Translations under genes and position numbers: made by a program
NCBI GenBank assembly: GCA_002683155.1
Contig: NYST01000009.1
Location: forward strand, 7,963-57,390
Source of the DNA: Methanobacteriota archaeon
GTDB taxonomy: Archaea; Thermoplasmatota; Poseidoniia; Poseidoniales; Thalassarchaeaceae
Direction of reading: 5' to 3'
Length of the DNA stretch: 49,428 bases
Part shown: positions 27,736 through 36,565 of the stretch, in pieces
How the letters are laid out: the number at the start of each line of letters is the position of its first letter
Position numbering within the stretch: the stretch's first letter is position 1
The notes under the pieces: model-generated
The model's database searches: none
Seen by the model: only the letters and a program-made list of their open reading frames with translations
Told to the model about the DNA's origin: nothing

Positions 27736-28380
27736 ATGAGAAAGGTTCTCCTAAGGTGGAAGGTTTCCTCCCTTAGCGGAATTGATGAGATAGATACTCT
27801 TATGCAGATCTGCGAAAGAATAGAAGTTCTTGGCCACCTCTCCACAGAGCCTGACGGAGTGACCCAACTAGTTGAGTTGAGAATTAACGAAGGTCATGAT
27901 CTGTCGGAAATCTCAGAACTGGATAGTTTTGAGGTTATTGAGAGGCACGAAGAGGATGAGAGTGGCGTTCTTGTCAGTATTCGTTGCACCCACCCTCTTG
28001 CATTATCTGCGGTTGGGTTATCAAACATCTATGTCTATCCCCCATATGGGATTGATTCGAAGAATGGGTTGGAGTTCAGAATATTTGGAATTTCAAGTTC
28101 GATACGTAGTTTCTTAGAATTTGTCAGAACTGTGATGCCCCCGGATACGATTAGTGTCCAGACTATCAAGAACGATTCTGAAAAGGACTATGATTTCCTA
28201 ACGGAGAAGCAGAGGGAAGTTCTGGAGTTGGCTGTTCTTAGAGGATACTACGAAGATGGTTCAGAAGTCACGCTGAAACAACTAGCAGATGAGTTAGGCA
28301 TAGCGAGGAGCACCATCGGTGAGCATCTAAAAAGAGCCGAGTCGGAGGTCGTAAAGAAGGCCGTCAGTGATTTCAACTAG
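27736..28380 (+). CDS. HTH_10 (bacterio-opsin-activator-like) transcriptional regulator
   Basis: The C-terminal LTEKQREVLELAVLRGYYEDGSEVTLKQLADELGIARSTIGEHLKRAESEVV is the archaeal HTH_10 DNA-binding module. Confidence 0.8.
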   Translation: MRKVLLRWKVSSLSGIDEIDTLMQICERIEVLGHLSTEPDGVTQLVELRINEGHDLSEISELDSFEVIERHEEDESGVLVSIRCTHPLALSAVGLSNIYVYPPYGIDSKNGLEFRIFGISSSIRSFLEFVRTVMPPDTISVQTIKNDSEKDYDFLTEKQREVLELAVLRGYYEDGSEVTLKQLADELGIARSTIGEHLKRAESEVVKKAVSDFN

Positions 28381-28428
28381 GTTTGGACTGAACCGAACGC
28401 TCAAAGGATAAACTCGATTGGTCATAAT

Positions 28429-28998
28429 GTGGTGCAGTTCCGACTCCCGATGCTCCCCCATCCCGATGAGGTCCAGTGGAATGGCACTGTGAACGGAGAA
28501 GAGGCTTCGATTTTCATAGAGAGCAATGCAATCCTACTGGATGTTCTAAGGGATAAAATCGGCAGTCTTGGAACCAAACGAGGATGTGACATGGGGACTT
28601 GCGGATGCTGTTCTGTCCTGGTCAATGGCGAGCCTAAATTATCATGCCTGACTCTAGCAATAGACACGAATGGTGCCGATATCACTACTGTCGAAGGATT
28701 AGCAGATGGGCACCACCTACACCCAATTCAGCAGACCTTCGCTGAATTTGGAGGGAGTCAATGCGGATTCTGTACTCCCGGTTTTCTAGTTGTGATTTCG
28801 GCTCTACTTTCTAACAACCCTCAGCCCGATGAAAGAGAAATCAAGGATGCGATAGAGGGAAATCTTTGCCGATGTACGGGTTTCCAACAGATTGTGGACT
28901 CAGTGAAAGCGGCTTCTGAGATTCTAGTCTCAGGAAATGTTGTTGGAGACTCGACAAGCCCCAAGAGCGACCCGCATCCAGGATTTGGTGGGAACTAG
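28429..28998 (+). CDS. Xanthine-dehydrogenase-family small subunit, two [2Fe-2S] clusters (CoxS/HcrC-like)
   Basis: GCDMGTCGCCSVLVNGEPKLSC, QCGFCTPGF, NLCRCTGF. Confidence 0.92.
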   Translation: MVQFRLPMLPHPDEVQWNGTVNGEEASIFIESNAILLDVLRDKIGSLGTKRGCDMGTCGCCSVLVNGEPKLSCLTLAIDTNGADITTVEGLADGHHLHPIQQTFAEFGGSQCGFCTPGFLVVISALLSNNPQPDEREIKDAIEGNLCRCTGFQQIVDSVKAASEILVSGNVVGDSTSPKSDPHPGFGGN

Positions 28999-28999
28999 T

Positions 29000-31798
29000 A
29001 TGGCCGAGGAAGAGGAGGATTCGGTTTCTGGTGACGAGATAATCGGGTACCGGCAACAGCCCGGAAAACTGCCCTTTTCTAGACCTGGCTCCGGTGGAAA
29101 AAACAGGTTCTCCGAGGCTACTGACCCAGAAAAGATTCCAATTTCACAAGGCGGATCTTTGGAGCAGCCATGGGGCCCCCATAGGCATGACGAATTAGTG
29201 AGTGGCCAGATTATTGGAAAACCTACAGCATTGGTGGATAGTTCTTGGAAGGTTACTGGGCGGGCCCATTATGGGGACGATGTGCGACTCCCGGGTGAGC
29301 TCATTGGAAGAATTGTTCGCTCCCCGCACCATTATGCAAGGGTCCTTTCGATAGACTGCTCAAAAGCACTTGAGTTGCCAGGAGTTGTTGCGATTGCAAC
29401 AGGCGAGGATGCGAAAAACCGGTTTGGAGTCCTCCCAGTAACAAAGGATGAGCATGCAATGGCGGTCGAGAAGGTTCGTCATGCAGGCGATTTGGTTGCT
29501 TGTGTAGCTGCAATAGATGAGGCTACTGCTAGAGAGGCGGAAAGGCTAATCGAAGTAGAATACGAAATCCTGGAGCCGATTCATGACATGCGCAAGGGCC
29601 TCGATGACAGTGAAGAGCCGATTCATGATCGTGGCGACTACCACATAGGAGAGTCAAATATCCAGAAGAGGGTCTTCCAAGAGTTCGGAGATATTGCTGG
29701 AATGTCGCAGAAATCTATTGCTAGCCACAAAAAAAGTTGGTTATTTGCAGGGGTCAATCATGGATTCACTGAGCCGCATGCAGTGGTCGCTAATTGGGAT
29801 CCATCAGGAAGACTAACCCTATACACACCGCAACAAGTCCCCCACTACCTACACAGAGCACTCGCCGATGTTCTTGAAATCCCAATGCACCAGATCAATG
29901 TGCATCGAACATTTGTAGGCGGTGGTTTCGGCGGCAAATCAGATCCTTTTCCTCATGAAATGTGCGCTGCTATTCTCGCGAGAAAGTCCGGTAGACCGGT
30001 ACGCATTACTTTCGACAGAGAGGAGGTTTACTGGGTAAATAGGGGTAGACATCCCTCTCGAATCGAAATGAATCTCCATGCAGACAAGGAAGGTCGGATC
30101 TGTGGGATTGAAACTGATGCCCTAATTGATGGCGGAGCATTTGCCTCTTTCGGACACGTGACGACCTACTACAATGGGGTCCTCCACACTGCTCCATACG
30201 AGATTGGGGCGTTTCACTACACTGGGGCCAGAGTATGGACAAATAAGCCAGCTAGCGGAGCAATGAGGGGCCATGGCGCGGTAAACTCGAGATGTGCTGT
30301 AGAAGTTGGCCTGGACGATTTGGCTGAGGAGCTTGGAGTTGACCCGATTACGCTACGACTGGCAAATCTACTCCCGCCCCACTCAGCGACAATTACAGGA
30401 TTTAGAGTAACTAGTATTGGAATGAGGGATTGTCTTGAGAGGGTTAAGGAAGAGAGCGGTTGGGATAAAAAATTCAGAAAGCTCCCCTTGGGCAAAGGAA
30501 TTGGTATCGGATGTGGTTTCTTCATCTCCGGGAGCGGTTTGCCTATACATTGGGATCCGAATAAATTCCCACACGCAACCGTCCATCTAAAGGTGGATAT
30601 GGATGGGGGAGTGACCATTCATACCGGTGCTGCAGACATTGGTCAGGGTTCGGATACAGTTGTTGCCCAATCGGTTGCAGAGGTGCTGGGACTGCCTCTT
30701 GACATGATTCGAGTCAAATCGAGAGAATCTGATACTTCTCCGGTTGATCTGGGATCTTACTCGTCAAGAGTGACTTTCATGAATGCAAATGCTGCCATTT
30801 CCGCGGCAATGAAAATCAGGGACGAGTTGATTGATGCGACGGTGGAAATAACAGGAGCCGAGAGGAAGGGGCTGGTTATTGGGGATCGTAGAATATTTCT
30901 GAAGAGTGACCCAGCAGTTGGAGTTTCTTATCTTGAGGCCCTTCACAAGGCTCAAGAGGACAGGGGTGCATTGGTTTCATCCGGCGCTTATAGGACACCG
31001 CCGATGGGGAGGACACACAAGGGAGCGGCGGCAGGACTCGCACCTGCCTACTCCTTCTCAGCATATGTGGCAGAAGTGACTGTGGATGTGGAAACAGGGC
31101 AGACAAAGGTGGACAAAGTCTGGGCTGCACATGATTGTGGCAAGGCCCTAAATCCACTGGCAGTGAAGGGGCAGATCATCGGTTCCTGCCACATGGGGAT
31201 GGGACAGGTCCTCTCTGAAGAAATGAGATATGGAAGAAATGGGAATCTGATGAATCCAGATCTCCTTGACTACAAAATCCCGAGTGTCCATGAGATGCCC
31301 GAGGTAGTTCCCATTATTGTTGAGTCGAATGACCCAGAGGGGCCCTTTGGTGCAAAGGAAGCAGGAGAAGGACCACTTCTACCAATCCTTCCTGCTGTTT
31401 GTAATGCTGTTTACGATGCAGTAGGAGTCAGGACTTCGGAACTCCCTATGACTCCCGAGAAGGTCTTCAAGATGATTGAAAAGCGCTGCAGAAACGAAGG
31501 GGTTTCAGATCCTACAGAACTAGAATGCCCATCACTTCAGTACTCTGAACTTCAGAAGACCCTGGAGGAGAGAGGGGAGAAACACAAGTCAAGAGACAAG
31601 GAAAGAAGGTTGGATGAAGATAGGGGTGATTACTACAATGGAGCCCTGTTTGGATTGGATCCTTCCACGCCTCCCGATGAAGTTGATCCCAGATGGGAAG
31701 TCAGAGTAACTCCAGATGAGGTGTACCTCGCTTCCCCCCGCCTTGCTGGGAGTGCTTGGAAGCATACCGAGAGACGTCACATGGAGGGTACAAAATGA
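29000..31798 (+). CDS. Xanthine-dehydrogenase-family molybdopterin-binding large subunit (not a form-I CO dehydrogenase)
   Basis: ATG at 29000, 1 nt after the small-subunit stop. Motifs: GKPTALVDSSWKVTGRAHYGDD, GGGFGGKS, GAMRGHG, GAADIGQGSDTVVAQ, GAKEAGEGP. A roughly 100-aa charged C-terminal extension follows the usual end of the family. Confidence 0.92.
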   Translation: MAEEEEDSVSGDEIIGYRQQPGKLPFSRPGSGGKNRFSEATDPEKIPISQGGSLEQPWGPHRHDELVSGQIIGKPTALVDSSWKVTGRAHYGDDVRLPGELIGRIVRSPHHYARVLSIDCSKALELPGVVAIATGEDAKNRFGVLPVTKDEHAMAVEKVRHAGDLVACVAAIDEATAREAERLIEVEYEILEPIHDMRKGLDDSEEPIHDRGDYHIGESNIQKRVFQEFGDIAGMSQKSIASHKKSWLFAGVNHGFTEPHAVVANWDPSGRLTLYTPQQVPHYLHRALADVLEIPMHQINVHRTFVGGGFGGKSDPFPHEMCAAILARKSGRPVRITFDREEVYWVNRGRHPSRIEMNLHADKEGRICGIETDALIDGGAFASFGHVTTYYNGVLHTAPYEIGAFHYTGARVWTNKPASGAMRGHGAVNSRCAVEVGLDDLAEELGVDPITLRLANLLPPHSATITGFRVTSIGMRDCLERVKEESGWDKKFRKLPLGKGIGIGCGFFISGSGLPIHWDPNKFPHATVHLKVDMDGGVTIHTGAADIGQGSDTVVAQSVAEVLGLPLDMIRVKSRESDTSPVDLGSYSSRVTFMNANAAISAAMKIRDELIDATVEITGAERKGLVIGDRRIFLKSDPAVGVSYLEALHKAQEDRGALVSSGAYRTPPMGRTHKGAAAGLAPAYSFSAYVAEVTVDVETGQTKVDKVWAAHDCGKALNPLAVKGQIIGSCHMGMGQVLSEEMRYGRNGNLMNPDLLDYKIPSVHEMPEVVPIIVESNDPEGPFGAKEAGEGPLLPILPAVCNAVYDAVGVRTSELPMTPEKVFKMIEKRCRNEGVSDPTELECPSLQYSELQKTLEERGEKHKSRDKERRLDEDRGDYYNGALFGLDPSTPPDEVDPRWEVRVTPDEVYLASPRLAGSAWKHTERRHMEGTK

Positions 31799-32778
31799 AG
31801 ATGCCCCCATTTAGAGTCCATTCACCGAAGAGCCTGGATGAGGCCCTTCAGATGTCACAAGATCTTGCGGAATCTGGAGAGGAGTTCGACTGGATCGCTG
31901 GTGGGACCGACCTATTGCCCAATTACAAATGGCACATCAATGTGAAGAGCCATGTAATTTCTTTATCTTCTATACCTGAATTAAGGGAATTGAGCGAGGG
32001 GCACATTGGTTCAATGGTTAGCATTAGCGAATTGGCAGAAGACACCCACACCCATCCAGTTCTAGCTAAGGCGGCAAATTCTGTTGCCAGCATACTAATT
32101 AGAAAATCTGGAACAGTTGGGGGAAACATCTGCCTAGACACCAGGTGCTACTGGATCAATCAATCTGAAACATGGCGAGAATCGATTGATTGGTGCCATA
32201 AGTGTGACTGTGGGACAGATGCAGATTGCAGGGTAATTCCAAATCAGAACACACTCTGTGTCGCAACATATCAGGCAGATTTGGCGCCAGTACTGATGTG
32301 CCTTGGAGCGTCAATACATCTTGCCTCGCCAAAGGGAGTTAGGTCGTTGCCGCTTTCTGAATTCTTTGAGTTGGATGGAATGAAAAGAAATATCCTAGAA
32401 AAGGGAGAGTTGGTGACTCACCTGACTATCCCAGAAGATTCCTCGGAATGGGTCGGAGATTACCAGAAATTGAGGCAGCGAGATTCGTGGGACTTCCCAG
32501 AGGCGGGCGTTGCTGTACTATGGAAGGGAGTTTCCAGTCAAGGACCCGAAAGGCTTCGAGTAGCTACTACGGGTCTAGAGTCGATTCCGAGCCTGCATTT
32601 GGAGGAAGCAGAAGGGGCACTGTCAAGTTGGCGAGGTGCCGAAACGATTGAAGATCTAGCAGAGTCGATTAGAAAGGCGGTGAAGCCGGTACAGAACACT
32701 TGGTTCTCCCCTGCGTACAGAAGAAAAATGGTGAAGGTCTTAACGAAGAGGGCGTGTAGTGACTTACTGGTGATTTGA
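31795..32778 (+). CDS. Xanthine-dehydrogenase-family FAD-binding subunit with a Cys-rich insertion (HcrB-like)
   Basis: ATGA start/stop overlap with the large subunit. Starts MKMPPFRVHSPKSLDEAL and carries AGGTDLLP and GTVGGNIC. The insertion reads CLDTRCYWINQSETWRESIDWCHKCDCGTDADCRVIPNQNTLC. Confidence 0.88.
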   Translation: MKMPPFRVHSPKSLDEALQMSQDLAESGEEFDWIAGGTDLLPNYKWHINVKSHVISLSSIPELRELSEGHIGSMVSISELAEDTHTHPVLAKAANSVASILIRKSGTVGGNICLDTRCYWINQSETWRESIDWCHKCDCGTDADCRVIPNQNTLCVATYQADLAPVLMCLGASIHLASPKGVRSLPLSEFFELDGMKRNILEKGELVTHLTIPEDSSEWVGDYQKLRQRDSWDFPEAGVAVLWKGVSSQGPERLRVATTGLESIPSLHLEEAEGALSSWRGAETIEDLAESIRKAVKPVQNTWFSPAYRRKMVKVLTKRACSDLLVI

Positions 32779-33725
32779 TGGGTTCAAGGTTTACCTCAAT
32801 TCTCTTGGGATCTATCCTCACATTGGCAATCTTCACTGCAATCCCTTCTTCTGCACAAGAGTTAGATGCTTGGGAATTGGGTATTAACTACCCTGAAGAG
32901 GACTCAACAAATCCGTTTTTGATAGCCGATGATGGCTCAGTCAAAGTTGAGTTCTTTGTAGAAAATTCCGGATTGACTGAGATAACCGTAGAGTTTGAAT
33001 TCAGCATTCCATTTGATGGAAAACACGATGCCCCCGAGGGAGAGACCATCTCTGCAGGTTCGAATGAGTCATTCGACCTCAAAATTAGCGGAATAGACGT
33101 TCTAGCCCATGATGCAGAAAAGAAGGAGAAATTCTCGATTTCCGCGAAAATAACAGCAAGGCAAGGAATTCCTGACCCCCTATCTTCTCCCCAGAACAGG
33201 GAAGGAGACCTAGAGATTCCTTCCATTTTTGATCTGTCTGTAGAAATTTCTGAGCCATTCGGGCCTATGAATGCAGGTTCCGACACCATCCTAACAGTGA
33301 CTGTGACGAACAATGGAAATGCACAAGATGGAGTCGAAGAAGTTGATGTAAAGGACGACTGTCCACTACTGACCACCGATAATGGCCTAGATGCGCTACT
33401 AAGCGGCAACATCGAATCTGGTAAAGAAAAGGATGCGAATCTGAAAATAACAGCATCTGAGAGTCATCCCAAGAGGCATTGTGACATCACGGTAACAGTG
33501 ACCTCGAAGAGGGAGATGAGTGGGGGTGGCAATGCCATGGCAGAAGATGAGGTGAGAGTTACGGTTGAGCCACCTCCAACAGGCGACTCAGGTTCTAGTA
33601 ACCCGGGAAGTGACAGCAGCAGTTCAGAGGACTCGGTGGAGTCGAATCTGGCCGCCCCGGGGGCCCTTGTGTCCATCTCTGGTTTGCTGGGTGCCCTTTT
33701 CTTCTCCAGAGGCAGGGGCGAATAG
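32778..33725 (+). CDS. Secreted CARDB/DUF11-like beta-sandwich protein with a Ser-rich linker and a PGF-CTERM-like anchor
   Basis: Signal peptide SILLGSILTLAIFTAIPSSAQE. ILTVTVTNNGNAQDG is CARDB-like. The tail reads PPPTGDSGSSNPGSDSSSSEDS...APGALVSISGLLGALFFSRGRGE. Its ATG overlaps the upstream TGA (TGATG). Confidence 0.65.
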   Translation: MGSRFTSILLGSILTLAIFTAIPSSAQELDAWELGINYPEEDSTNPFLIADDGSVKVEFFVENSGLTEITVEFEFSIPFDGKHDAPEGETISAGSNESFDLKISGIDVLAHDAEKKEKFSISAKITARQGIPDPLSSPQNREGDLEIPSIFDLSVEISEPFGPMNAGSDTILTVTVTNNGNAQDGVEEVDVKDDCPLLTTDNGLDALLSGNIESGKEKDANLKITASESHPKRHCDITVTVTSKREMSGGGNAMAEDEVRVTVEPPPTGDSGSSNPGSDSSSSEDSVESNLAAPGALVSISGLLGALFFSRGRGE

Positions 33726-33853
33726 AAAAAAATCTAGTAAAAACGTGATACCGCCCAGTTGAACGAACTTTACTCAGGAACATATAACCGTGATTTGGTA
33801 GTCCGACAGATGTTGATTGGGCCGGTGGTCCAACTTGAATAGGGGTTCGGAGG

Positions 33854-35464
33854 ATGCCAGAAGAGGTAGATGGAGAAGTTCGATTCAATAGGAACGTCAT
33901 GTATGCATTGGTAATTACATCGATTATGCTGCTTGTACTACCCATGTTCTTCGTTGTCGGAAAGTCGACAAATTACTCAGCATACGATGATAGCGGCCTA
34001 GGCCAGTTATCGGATATGAGGGAGAGTTTCGAAGGAGAGTATGTGGAGAACAGGAAAGAAGGTTACTACGTTGCTAACACGATGTCAACCCCAATGCTTG
34101 TGAATGACTGGAAAGACCCACATCGCACACTGCTGACGATTGTCGCACCAGAGAAGCCAATCGATCAAACTGAAGCAGATGAGATTTTCCGCTTCGTTAC
34201 GGAAAAGGGGGGCAAGGTAATTGTTGCTGCCGATAACACACAAGCTCACAACCTAGCCATATTATTCGGCGTCAGATACATGGATGCCCCGCTGAAGGAT
34301 GATAAGCAGCATTGGGTTTACACACAACAATCTGAGCAATTCATCGACTGGGGCAATGTTTGGAGCGCGTCCCCAGTAAACCAAGACATTGACGAGATGT
34401 CACCAGGGGCACTAATGCAGGGTTGTACGGCTTTCCAAGTTGAGAATCCTGAGTCTTTGCAAGACTGCAGACTCCCAGTGATGTACAGGGGCCCTACCGG
34501 AATGATGTTCGAGGCCACTGACAAGGATCTTGAGGACCCGAGCCACAGGAAGATAATGACTCTTGGAAGGGCTTCTCCTTCGGCCTTTATCGACAGAGTC
34601 GGGAATGGTGACCCCACAAACCCAGAGAATCCCGCTACAGGGGATCTGCGGCTAATGATGAGGTTCGACTATCCCGGAATAAAGGTCCTAGACAAGGTTG
34701 CTGATGAGGGGAGGGGAGCTTTCTCGGCAGGAGTGGGGGAATTGGAAGTTACGGGGAGCATAGTGTTCGTTGCCGATGACGAGGCTTTCTCAAACATGCT
34801 ATGGCAGTTAGGGGTTGCACAGGACCAGGGGCTGAGTCAAGACTGCTCGGCCATAGGTGACTACACTAGAAACAACTGCTGGACCCAGGAAATCCTGAAT
34901 AACAACGATTGGGGGGGTAATGAGAGGTTCTTCAGATTACTAGTTTACGATATGATGGAGTTTGACAACGTAGATCTCAATGCCCCCATAAGAAGCGATC
35001 CGGCCAATTTCCAAGTTGTTTTTGATGAAAGTAGACACGTGACGGGAGTCCTCTCAGAGCCTTTCGTCCAGACTATGGGGACCGTCGTGCTGCTAACCTC
35101 GAACCAGTTTCTGAAGTGGTTAGTGGTACTCAATGTAGCTCTCCTACTGCTAGTGGCCATGATGGTAGTGCCGGAAAAGGAAAACTGGAGGCATGTTTTC
35201 GATCTCACAAAATTCAACCAGCGTCCTGATAAACTAGACCCTGCAACGTATAGAGACAGGGTTAGAAGGGCCCTCCTCACCAAGGTTAGGATTCACCATG
35301 ATTTGACTCGGGACGAGATGGCAATGAGGCCACCGCCCGAGGTACAGGCGATGATTGGGGATCCACGTCTCGTGGAATTGGCTTATAGCCAAAGCCGGAC
35401 GTACACGCCTCAAGAGTTGCGCAAGTTGATGCAAACTATTCGCCGATGGGGAAAAAATAACTAA
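33854..35464 (+). CDS. Large ectodomain membrane protein (tentatively DUF4350-like) at the head of the MoxR module
   Basis: N-terminal TM, an ectodomain of about 400 aa, a C-terminal TM (VVLNVALLLLVAMMVV) and a basic tail. The family call rests mainly on its position in front of MoxR and DUF58. Confidence 0.55.
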   Translation: MPEEVDGEVRFNRNVMYALVITSIMLLVLPMFFVVGKSTNYSAYDDSGLGQLSDMRESFEGEYVENRKEGYYVANTMSTPMLVNDWKDPHRTLLTIVAPEKPIDQTEADEIFRFVTEKGGKVIVAADNTQAHNLAILFGVRYMDAPLKDDKQHWVYTQQSEQFIDWGNVWSASPVNQDIDEMSPGALMQGCTAFQVENPESLQDCRLPVMYRGPTGMMFEATDKDLEDPSHRKIMTLGRASPSAFIDRVGNGDPTNPENPATGDLRLMMRFDYPGIKVLDKVADEGRGAFSAGVGELEVTGSIVFVADDEAFSNMLWQLGVAQDQGLSQDCSAIGDYTRNNCWTQEILNNNDWGGNERFFRLLVYDMMEFDNVDLNAPIRSDPANFQVVFDESRHVTGVLSEPFVQTMGTVVLLTSNQFLKWLVVLNVALLLLVAMMVVPEKENWRHVFDLTKFNQRPDKLDPATYRDRVRRALLTKVRIHHDLTRDEMAMRPPPEVQAMIGDPRLVELAYSQSRTYTPQELRKLMQTIRRWGKNN

Positions 35465-35472
35465 GAAATGGA

Positions 35473-36546
35473 GTGAAAAAAATGAGTGAAACAGAACCAG
35501 CAAGAGGGATGCAGGCACCTGATTCGGGTGCACATGACGCAGTTTTGGCCCAAAAGGCCCAAGAGGCTCGTGGATCGAGTAAGAAGGACGAAGTATTGGC
35601 GGCCACGGGGGCAATGGGACAGGCAATAAGCACAGAAGTTCAGAAAGTTATCATTGGAAAGTCACACGTAATTGACAACGTAATGGTGGACATTCTGTCA
35701 AATGGAAACCTTCTGTTCGAGGATTTCCCCGGCCTAGCAAAGACCCTGATGACGAACACCTTCGCAGATGCACTTGGATGCGATTTCAAGAGAGTCCAAT
35801 TCACGCCAGACTTGCTTCCAGCAGATATTACTGGGACCAACATTTACGACGCTAAGAAGGGGGAGTTCACCTTTAAGCCAGGGCCGATTTTCTGTAATCT
35901 TCTTCTTTCGGACGAGATCAACAGAGCCCCACCCAAGACTCAGGCCGCTCTACTTGAGGCCATGCAAGAGAAGCAAGTGACAATTGGGGTTGTCACCCAT
36001 AAGCTCCCTTCCCCTTTCCTAACTATGGCAACTCAGAACCCAGTCGAGCAAGAGGGGACATACCCCCTGCCTGAAGCCCAGCTTGACAGATTCATGATGA
36101 AGATGATGGTTGGATACCCCGATAGGGCAGACGAGAATGAGATCCTCCAGAGGAGGATCAACCGTAAGACCGATGAGGTGGAGGTCAACAGTATCACAGA
36201 CCCAAGCATAGTGGTCAAGATGCAGAATTCATGCGAAGAGGTGTATGTGGACAGATCCGTGAGGGAGTACATGGTGGATATCGTGGCTAGGACTAGAGAA
36301 GATCCTAGAGTCCTGGTTGGTTCTTCCCCAAGAGGTTCACAAGCACTACTGAAGACCAGTAGAGCGGTTGCAGCAATGCGTGGAAGGGACTTCGTGACTC
36401 CTGATGATGTGAAGTCCATTGCAGAGTTGGCAGTGGCTCACAGAATCATACTAAAGCCAGAGCATCAGATTAAGGGACTGGAAACCGGAGAGGTCATCCG
36501 AGATATTCTACATGGTAAGAATGCAGCGAATGTCCCGACCGTCTGA
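35473..36546 (+). CDS. moxR: MoxR-family AAA+ ATPase
   Basis: FEDFPGLAKTLM (Walker A variant), LLSDEINRAPPKTQAALLEAMQEKQVT (Walker B and sensor), ATQNPVEQEGTYPLPEAQLDRF, GSSPRGSQALL. Confidence 0.92.
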   Translation: MKKMSETEPARGMQAPDSGAHDAVLAQKAQEARGSSKKDEVLAATGAMGQAISTEVQKVIIGKSHVIDNVMVDILSNGNLLFEDFPGLAKTLMTNTFADALGCDFKRVQFTPDLLPADITGTNIYDAKKGEFTFKPGPIFCNLLLSDEINRAPPKTQAALLEAMQEKQVTIGVVTHKLPSPFLTMATQNPVEQEGTYPLPEAQLDRFMMKMMVGYPDRADENEILQRRINRKTDEVEVNSITDPSIVVKMQNSCEEVYVDRSVREYMVDIVARTREDPRVLVGSSPRGSQALLKTSRAVAAMRGRDFVTPDDVKSIAELAVAHRIILKPEHQIKGLETGEVIRDILHGKNAANVPTV

Positions 36547-36565
36547 GTGATGACGAGGTGGAAAG

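Noticed and set aside
28937-28999. The longer form of the Mo large subunit starting at 28937, and the long forms of 5568-6677, 31756-32778 and 20175-23099
   Set aside because: These maximal ORFs overlap the preceding genes or the AT-rich repeats. Downstream ATGs (29000, 5772, 31795, 20235) give tight or ATGA-type junctions and sensible N-termini.
30248-30277. Calling the XDH-family operon an aerobic carbon monoxide dehydrogenase (coxSLM)
   Set aside because: The diagnostic active-site loop reads PASGAMRGHG instead of AYxCSFR. In addition, the FAD subunit has an HcrB-like Cys insertion, so only the family-level call is supported.
33726-33853. The 128-nt gap before the MoxR module as a possible tRNA or small RNA
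   Set aside because: I could not fold a cloverleaf or find conserved tRNA boxes. It contains only an A-run and weak partial repeats, so it is most simply a promoter region.
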